DNA of 18,079 bases from a virus, in the IMG/VR virus record IMGVR_UViG_3300045988_034844, positions 1 to 18,079 of that record, one strand, 5' to 3'. The notes beneath the pieces are model-generated. The model ran no database searches, was not told the origin of the DNA, and worked only from the letters and a program-made list of their open reading frames with translations. The translations under genes and the position numbers were made by a program. Position 1 is the stretch's first letter, and every line of letters begins with the position of its first letter. This document shows positions 13,632-18,079 of the stretch, in pieces.

Positions 13632-14687
13632 TTATGCTAGTGCCGCTGCTTCCGCCAGCCACCTGTCAAACTGCCGCCGCGAACGCCAGTATCCCTCATT
13701 GTTGCCGCGGAATACCGAGCGAAACCTATGGTGGGTAGGGTCATAATCCGTCCAGTCAAAAACAATGCGGGGAGCGTCCGTCATTTCAATGAACGCGCGT
13801 TTTTGCGCGGCGGTCAGACTACGGAACTGCTTGAGTCGTTTTGAGCCGAGCGTGGTAGCCAAGATTTTTTCGAACACTTCGTAGCGCCCGCGACTCATAT
13901 AGGACGGCCACTCGTGCTCGCCGTACAGGTCTTCACTCTTTTTACCCATCCCCTGTTTTTTAGACTTGCGTTTCTGTTCGGTGCGCAATCCTAATATTTC
14001 GGCTGCGTCATGCATTTGCTCAAGCAGCTCGTTACGCCGTCCGCTCTCCAATTGGGAGCGCACGAATGCTTCGTCACTCAGCACGTTCGTCATCTGCAAA
14101 AAATCAGTGAGCTTTGACGGGATGATCTGAGTGCGCCCGAAACCCTCACCGGTAGTGCCGGTGATTTCGGCCACGCGCTGATCGTACACGCTGCGTTGTG
14201 GCATGGCCTGTTCTCGGTTCCATTCGTTGATTTTCCGTCGTGCCGCATTGATTTTCCGTTGTTGCTGCCGTAAGAGTTTGCGTCGTTTCGCCACGGGTTC
14301 CGCTTCTATCTGAGCATTCGTGATGGGCGTGCGTTGGGCAAACATAATGTCTTTTTTCGTCGGCTTCTCCACGGCGGTGGCATGGTATGGCGTGCTTTTC
14401 GCTGCCGCTATGGTCTGTTTCTTCTGCCGCTCCCACTCTTTGCCTAAGGTTTTGGCGATATTGACCAATTGTTTGTCGGCGGTTTTTGCGAGATTCGTGT
14501 GAGAGTATGTGCCAAGTTTGCTAATGTTGCGGGCGGCACGTGCTTCCGCAGCCTGTCTTGCCTTGACGTGCTTGCGTGCCTTGCTGTCCGCCTTGATGGC
14601 TACCGTGCCAATACCGGTATTGCTGGCATGAGGAGTGTAGTGTTGACTTGCGACTGCTCGGGATGATTTTCTTTTCTTACGTGACAT
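13632..14687 (-). CDS. Putative terminal protein (351 aa, highly basic)
   Basis: It lies immediately upstream of the protein-primed polymerase, as phi29 gene 3 does. It has Lys/Arg clusters (SRKKRKSSR, KRRKLLRQQQRKINAARRK, KRKSKKQGMGKK). The genome has ITRs. I cannot assert sequence-level similarity to known terminal proteins. Confidence 0.55.
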   Translation of the reverse strand: MSRKKRKSSRAVASQHYTPHASNTGIGTVAIKADSKARKHVKARQAAEARAARNISKLGTYSHTNLAKTADKQLVNIAKTLGKEWERQKKQTIAAAKSTPYHATAVEKPTKKDIMFAQRTPITNAQIEAEPVAKRRKLLRQQQRKINAARRKINEWNREQAMPQRSVYDQRVAEITGTTGEGFGRTQIIPSKLTDFLQMTNVLSDEAFVRSQLESGRRNELLEQMHDAAEILGLRTEQKRKSKKQGMGKKSEDLYGEHEWPSYMSRGRYEVFEKILATTLGSKRLKQFRSLTAAQKRAFIEMTDAPRIVFDWTDYDPTHHRFRSVFRGNNEGYWRSRRQFDRWLAEAAALA

Positions 14688-14706
14688 GTGCAGTCCTTAA
14701 GATGGC

Positions 14707-14732
14707 GAGAGCACCCAAGATTGGGTGCTCTC
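14707..14732 (-). promoter_or_regulatory. 11-bp hairpin in the leader of the terminal-protein gene
   Basis: gagagcaccca (14707..14717) pairs perfectly with tgggtgctctc (14722..14732) around a 4-nt loop. It sits between the TGCTATAAT element and the AAGGA SD. No U-tract follows. Confidence 0.55.
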
Positions 14733-14758
14733 TATGTGTGAACGAACGCTACTTAACG

Positions 14759-14767
14759 ATTATAGCA
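14759..14767 (-). promoter_or_regulatory. Extended -10 element TGCTATAAT upstream of the terminal protein and polymerase genes
   Basis: The minus strand reads TGCTATAAT, 3 nt after the stop of the SSB-like gene. Confidence 0.5.
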
Positions 14768-14770
14768 AGT

Positions 14771-15208
14771 TCACTTCGCCTCTTCGCCGCCCACCGGCTC
14801 AATGCTGAAAAACTTGAAGCCACGACGGGAACGACGTTCCACCACCTTGATAGCAAGCGGTGCCTCCCAAGTGTTCGGCGTTCCGAAGATGCCGAACATG
14901 GTGTTCAATCCAGCTGCGAGAGTGGGGGAGGTGGCCGCATACGCCTTATTATCGTCGGTTACGATGATGACGCGCACGGTGTTGGAGATTTCGCCCGTCT
15001 GATCGTCCGTCACCTGTACGGCCTGTGCGACGGCATTCACCATGTTCAGCGTTTCGTTCAAATGTTCATCAAGCTTTTCGGCATTCTGCAATGCCGAGTA
15101 GAGCTTGATCTTACCTTCGCGGGTGGAAGTGTCGATGAAATGCTGGACGGTGCCGAGTTCGGTGCTTTCGGTGTTGAATGCGACGAGTGCGGTGTTGGTG
15201 TTTTCCAT
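14771..15208 (-). CDS. Putative single-stranded DNA-binding protein (145 aa)
   Basis: The position matches phi29 gene 5, upstream of the terminal protein. The segment VRVIIVTDDNKAYAATSPTLAAGLNTMFGIFGTPNTWEAPLAIKVVERRSRRGFKFFSIE resembles my recollection of the lactococcal phage p2 ORF34-type Phage_SSB family. I could not verify this by search. AAGGGAAGG lies upstream. Confidence 0.45.
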   Translation of the reverse strand: MENTNTALVAFNTESTELGTVQHFIDTSTREGKIKLYSALQNAEKLDEHLNETLNMVNAVAQAVQVTDDQTGEISNTVRVIIVTDDNKAYAATSPTLAAGLNTMFGIFGTPNTWEAPLAIKVVERRSRRGFKFFSIEPVGGEEAK

Positions 15209-15268
15209 GATATTACCTTCCCTTATAATGTTGTTGTTATTTTGTTTTTAGGCTTATGCCTAAAATCT

Positions 15269-15277
15269 TTTATATCA
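15269..15277 (-). promoter_or_regulatory. Weak extended -10-like element TGATATAAA
   Basis: The minus strand reads TGATATAAA. Its TGA is the stop codon of the 104-aa gene. The hexamer is imperfect, and an AT-rich hairpin starts only 3 nt downstream. Confidence 0.25.
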
Positions 15278-15589
15278 CATGCCGTCATTATTTTCAATGT
15301 CGGCGTGTCGTTTTGTATGTTCTTCGGGGTCCCATTCTTTCGGCTCCTCAAAAGTCGCATACTTGTAAAAAGTTTCCTCATTCATGGAAACTTTTTGCGA
15401 AAAAATATTAATGGAACGTGGAATGAAGTTCGGAAACAGTTTCTTCGCGCGAATCGAATAGGAGCGCGCGTCCTTAAGTCGCCCGTCAATGACATGCTCG
15501 GCTTCCATAAAGTCACCGTCCACTAATTCCATGCCCTTGAGCACGGCATACACTCTCGTACGAAAAATGTCGGTTTTGGTTCTAGCCAA
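15275..15589 (-). CDS. Early protein (104 aa), possible p6-like dsDNA-binding replication accessory protein
   Basis: The TTG start is preceded by GGGAGG at a 5-nt spacing. Its length, acidic C-terminus (EEPKEWDPEEH..DIENNDG), position two genes upstream of the terminal protein, and a loose pattern (VDGD..E, AKK, EETFYKYAT) recall my memory of phi29 p6. The sequence evidence is weak. Confidence 0.6.
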   Translation of the reverse strand: MARTKTDIFRTRVYAVLKGMELVDGDFMEAEHVIDGRLKDARSYSIRAKKLFPNFIPRSINIFSQKVSMNEETFYKYATFEEPKEWDPEEHTKRHADIENNDGM

Positions 15590-15591
15590 CT

Positions 15592-16110
15592 TTACCTCCC
15601 TTGTAATAAGATTTTTTGCAATTCAATGTCATTATACCGTGTCGTGTCCAGTCTGTCAAAATTTTTAAACACGGCAATAATGAGATTTTGAGCTTGTGGA
15701 CTATCAAAGATCGTGCAGCAATCATATGACGTGCACCCTTTGACGGCGCAGACGGCACACCATGCGATCAGGTTAGGCGGGTTGACGGTACCGTCCAAGT
15801 ATTCCACATCATACACACGGGATAGGGCGGCGGAAAAACCGTCCGATATGGTCATGCTTCCGCAAATCTGCGATACGACAATTATTGCCTGTGTAAACCA
15901 TGGACTAGCCCCGTCGCGCCACAATTCGCATAGCATGGTAACCGCACGACAACATGTCTCAAAATCGCCATACCCCTTATCATAGCGTTTCAGATTCAGG
16001 TCACGTTTTCGGCCTTTCGTAGCCTTGGTGATACGGGGTGATTCCATGATCGCGTCATCAAACCGGCGCATGCGATAGATTGGTGTCCTATCGTTGCCAC
16101 GGTTAAACAT
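15592..16110 (-). CDS. Early hypothetical protein, Cys-rich (172 aa; 186 aa if started at 16152)
   Basis: The long ORF has 11 Cys residues, including two CC pairs. The ATG at 16110 overlaps the stop of the 58-aa ORF (ATGTTTAA). The alternative ATG at 16152 lacks a good SD. No family is recognised. Confidence 0.65.
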   Translation of the reverse strand: MFNRGNDRTPIYRMRRFDDAIMESPRITKATKGRKRDLNLKRYDKGYGDFETCCRAVTMLCELWRDGASPWFTQAIIVVSQICGSMTISDGFSAALSRVYDVEYLDGTVNPPNLIAWCAVCAVKGCTSYDCCTIFDSPQAQNLIIAVFKNFDRLDTTRYNDIELQKILLQGR

Positions 16111-16279
16111 AATAGCGCCTTTCGACCCTGAAGTATGCAATGTTGCGTACATGTGTGGGTACTGCCGCCCACTTGCGAATCAGCTCGGCGGCTTTATCGT
16201 ATGACGTGGCATACCCCACTTCGATAGGGGGTTTATCGCCATGCTTCAAATATGCCAGTGCAACAAATGTCTCATACAT
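16103..16279 (-). CDS. Small early ORF (58 aa), absent from the ORF track
   Basis: My hand translation gives MYETFVALAYLKHGDKPPIEVGYATSYDKAAELIRKWAAVPTHVRNIAYFRVERRYYV. It starts 2 nt after the upstream stop and fills an otherwise 129-nt gap in a tightly packed operon. The only SD-like element is GAGGAA, 14 nt upstream. Confidence 0.4.
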   Translation of the reverse strand: MYETFVALAYLKHGDKPPIEVGYATSYDKAAELIRKWAAVPTHVRNIAYFRVERRYYV

Positions 16280-16281
16280 GA

Positions 16282-16470
16282 TTAAAATTCCAATTCCTCA
16301 GATTCAGCGCCAAATTGCCACATATCATGCCATAGTTGGAAGTCGGGACACCGTTTCGGCATACCCTGTTTGCGTTTCATTCCCGCCCAAAATGCTCTCA
16401 GCCGCCAATACGTATCAGCATAAGGACAATCCCTACAGACCCAAGAATGCAACCAACCACGAAAATACAT
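16282..16470 (-). CDS. Early hypothetical protein, Trp/Cys-rich (62 aa)
   Basis: The ATG at 16470 is preceded by AGGGA at a 6-nt spacing. The track's TTG start at 16476 overlaps the upstream stop. It contains a CxxC pair plus a third Cys, and 6 Trp. Confidence 0.55.
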   Translation of the reverse strand: MYFRGWLHSWVCRDCPYADTYWRLRAFWAGMKRKQGMPKRCPDFQLWHDMWQFGAESEELEF

Positions 16471-16472
16471 GA

Positions 16473-16718
16473 TCAATCCCTATCCAACAATGGCGTGCGC
16501 GCGATATCGATAGCGTCCAGCACGAGAGCCGCGACCTGAGCGCTATCACTTGCACTATATGAGGTCAATGCAGTAGCCGAACACAGCCCGTCCGGCGAGT
16601 AAAACGCTATATCATATCTCAATTCGTACGAAGAGGAATGCGGGCAATACCACAATTCAACCTCACCTCCAAGGTGTTGAGAGGAAAACGTAGCAACTTT
16701 CATATCACAATAAGCCAT
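16473..16718 (-). CDS. Early hypothetical protein (81 aa)
   Basis: The ATG is preceded by AAAGG at an 8-nt spacing. It begins 1 nt after the stop of the upstream small membrane ORF. No family is recognised. Confidence 0.6.
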   Translation of the reverse strand: MAYCDMKVATFSSQHLGGEVELWYCPHSSSYELRYDIAFYSPDGLCSATALTSYSASDSAQVAALVLDAIDIARTPLLDRD

Positions 16719-16719
16719 T

Positions 16720-16887
16720 TCAAAAACCTTTCATGACAAAAATCAAAACCATAGCCACACTTACCGCAAGCATGACCAAAAAACAAAACGTGTCACGCCA
16801 GTCACGCGGCAGTTCGCAAAACACCGTAGCAGCCATCGTGAGAAACAGTACGGAGAGCACGCAGACGGCAACAATCATGCCAACCAT
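16720..16887 (-). CDS. Small early membrane protein (55 aa, two predicted TM helices), absent from the ORF track
   Basis: My hand translation gives MVGMIVAVCVLSVLFLTMAATVFCELPRDWRDTFCFLVMLAVSVAMVLIFVMKGF. GAGGTGG sits 4 nt upstream of the ATG. The ORF exactly fills the gap between flanking genes. Confidence 0.55.
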   Translation of the reverse strand: MVGMIVAVCVLSVLFLTMAATVFCELPRDWRDTFCFLVMLAVSVAMVLIFVMKGF

Positions 16888-16896
16888 TATACCACC

Positions 16897-17154
16897 TCAG
16901 AACACATGAAAATCTCTGTAAAAATGCCTAAAATCATAATTGCGGCAGTACTCAATACCGTCGTCCAAGTCGATAAAATCCGCGATCTTGTCATACTTGC
17001 CACAGAGTCCACAATACAGTTGGAATTGGTAATCAACCCCGCTCGGACCGCTAAAATCACATGGCGCTCCACGCCAGCGAAACTTCTGATATATTCCAAG
17101 ATACTCGTCAAGGACATTAAAATAATGCCATTTCACAATATGACCTCCAATCAT
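16897..17154 (-). CDS. Early hypothetical protein with four Cys residues (possible zinc ribbon, 85 aa)
   Basis: An ATGA start/stop overlap joins it to the upstream gene. An internal GGAGG followed by GTG offers an alternative start 6 codons in. It contains a CGLC pair plus two flanking Cys. I preferred it over the overlapping 76-aa frame, which has no SD. Confidence 0.5.
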   Translation of the reverse strand: MIGGHIVKWHYFNVLDEYLGIYQKFRWRGAPCDFSGPSGVDYQFQLYCGLCGKYDKIADFIDLDDGIEYCRNYDFRHFYRDFHVF

Positions 17155-17384
17155 ACCAACACCGCCTTAACTAGACCAACCATAATCCGACCCATATTAA
17201 CAAACGTAGCGTTATCAATATCCACGGTAACATTCCTACCCGCATATGCATGACGGACGTGAGACAGAACACCATCCAGTGACGCTTTCAGCGACGCCGT
17301 ATGAAACACGCCACTAGGCTTCACACAGTCAGGCAAAATCTCAAACACCTGAAAACCATCATCGGTGACAATAAAATACCACAT
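17151..17384 (-). CDS. Early hypothetical protein (77 aa)
   Basis: The ATG at 17384 (MWYFIVTDDG) is preceded by GGAG and lies 1 nt after the upstream stop. The track's extension to 17447 overlaps the upstream gene. Confidence 0.55.
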   Translation of the reverse strand: MWYFIVTDDGFQVFEILPDCVKPSGVFHTASLKASLDGVLSHVRHAYAGRNVTVDIDNATFVNMGRIMVGLVKAVLV

Positions 17385-17385
17385 A

Positions 17386-17625
17386 TCAATACTCCTTTTC
17401 AATACGGTTGGCACGAAGAAAATAAACCGAACTAGTAGCCATCTCAAGCTTCATACGAGAGAGAGCAATACCATGCTTGTAAAGCATTTCGCGTCGAATA
17501 AGAGTTCTTGCTCCCCTAAAGGATGTAACCTTGCCAAGGTCTAACGTGTAATATACACCCTCAATGTCAGTAAAGAAGACAGTAACAGTTCTGGCCCACC
17601 AACTGATAATAATTACAGTATTCAT
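17386..17625 (-). CDS. Early hypothetical protein (79 aa), paralogue B of a tandem pair
   Basis: The SD context is GGAGGTAAATAAATG. It aligns with the 17640..17870 product across MNT.I.I.W....V.FTD.E.VY...LG.VT...L...G...SRM..E..T....R.NR.E. Confidence 0.65.
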   Translation of the reverse strand: MNTVIIISWWARTVTVFFTDIEGVYYTLDLGKVTSFRGARTLIRREMLYKHGIALSRMKLEMATSSVYFLRANRIEKEY

Positions 17626-17639
17626 TTATTTACCTCCAA

Positions 17640-17870
17640 TCAGCTCTCAACACGATTAGAGCGGTAATAGTCAATATCATTAGTAGACCGCTCAAACCTC
17701 ATACGAGAAATCGTGACGCCATACTGTTTGAGCAGTATGCGACGAACACGAGCTTTCGCCTCACTCAAGGTAGTGACTTCACCAAGACAGAACGTATAAA
17801 CATTCTCAACATCAGTAAAAGCAACTACAACCCAATCACGAGCCCAGTCGATAGCAATTATAGTGTTCAT
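17640..17870 (-). CDS. First early gene (76 aa), paralogue A of a tandem pair
   Basis: The ATG at 17870 (MNTIIAIDW) is preceded by GGGAGGTAAATAAA, nearly identical to the leader of paralogue B. The track's start at 17942 would place 24 extra codons over the promoter region. Confidence 0.65.
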   Translation of the reverse strand: MNTIIAIDWARDWVVVAFTDVENVYTFCLGEVTTLSEAKARVRRILLKQYGVTISRMRFERSTNDIDYYRSNRVES

Positions 17871-17901
17871 TTTATTTACCTCCCTTGTGATTGATATTTT
17901 T

Positions 17902-17910
17902 ATTATAGCA
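17902..17910 (-). promoter_or_regulatory. Early promoter, extended -10 TGCTATAAT
   Basis: The minus strand reads TGCTATAAT, 32 nt upstream of the first early ATG and just inside the right ITR boundary. The -35 is poor. Confidence 0.55.
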
Positions 17911-17957
17911 TAAACAAAACGACAACACGCCGTAAAAAACAAACGACATACAAAACC

Positions 17958-18079
17958 CCCCTAGGCAATAAACCTAGGGACTTTACTTATCACCTATCAC
18001 GCCTCCTCAAACGCCTCAATAAAATCATCATTCGGGAACGAATCACAATCATCATAACCCTCAATAGTCATACCATTAA
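17958..18079. repeat. Right inverted terminal repeat (122 bp), pairs with 1..122
   Basis: See the left ITR entry. The repeat ends at the last base of the window. The single mismatch is at 17980. Confidence 0.95.

Noticed and set aside
15246-15265. An AT-rich hairpin, ttttaggc/gcctaaaa, between the 104-aa and SSB-like genes
   Set aside because: Only 3 GC pairs are present. No U-tract follows on the minus strand. It starts 3 nt from the putative -10, so any transcript from that element would begin inside it. This is too weak to call a terminator or operator.
14648-15526. A 292-aa plus-strand ORF, the longest ORF on the plus strand
   Set aside because: It is entirely antisense to the SSB-like and 104-aa genes and to the terminal-protein start. 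It has no SD and a low-complexity, Cys/Phe/Leu-rich composition typical of antisense frames. It would also be the only plus-strand gene in the genome.
16887-17117. A 76-aa ORF overlapping 16897..17154 in another frame
   Set aside because: It has no SD upstream of its ATG. The competing 85-aa frame has an ATGA coupling to the upstream gene and an internal GGAGG/GTG alternative start. Its tidy TAATG junction with the downstream small membrane ORF keeps it as a minor possibility.
1-18079. A search for tRNA genes, CRISPR arrays, integrase or recombinase, and lysogeny repressor
   Set aside because: I saw no cloverleaf-capable conserved tRNA features, no spaced direct-repeat array and no tyrosine/serine recombinase-like ORF. 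The genome looks strictly lytic. This rests on visual inspection only and was not verified with tRNAscan or HMM searches.

Overview
The window appears to be a complete 18,079-bp linear phage genome of the phi29 type, meaning a small podovirus with protein-primed replication. It is bounded by 122-bp inverted terminal repeats (ITRs) that reach the first and last base. All convincing genes lie on the minus strand, so transcription runs from the right end to the left end. From right to left the order is as follows. (1) An early block of about 10 small genes without recognisable families, including a tandem paralogue pair and two ORFs below the 60-aa track cutoff. (2) A replication module: a possible p6-like protein, a putative SSB, a terminal protein, and a protein-primed family-B DNA polymerase. 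(3) A ~170-nt non-coding gap with its own promoter and terminator, which I flag as a candidate packaging-RNA-like gene. (4) The late operon: scaffold, major capsid with Ig-like domains, tail knob, portal, lower collar, appendage proteins including an SGNH esterase fibre, a CHAP plus lysozyme-like tail lysin, the gp16-type packaging ATPase, holin, and a CHAP-SH3b endolysin. Recurrent extended -10 elements (TGCTATAAT or TGATATAAT), GGAGG Shine-Dalgarno (SD) sites and the CHAP/SH3b lysins point to a Gram-positive host. I found no integrase, tRNA or CRISPR array. The points most worth follow-up are the candidate structured RNA, the polymerase's divergent catalytic and exonuclease motifs, the duplicated fibre N-terminal anchor module, the repeat structure of the ITR origins, and the uncharacterised early block.
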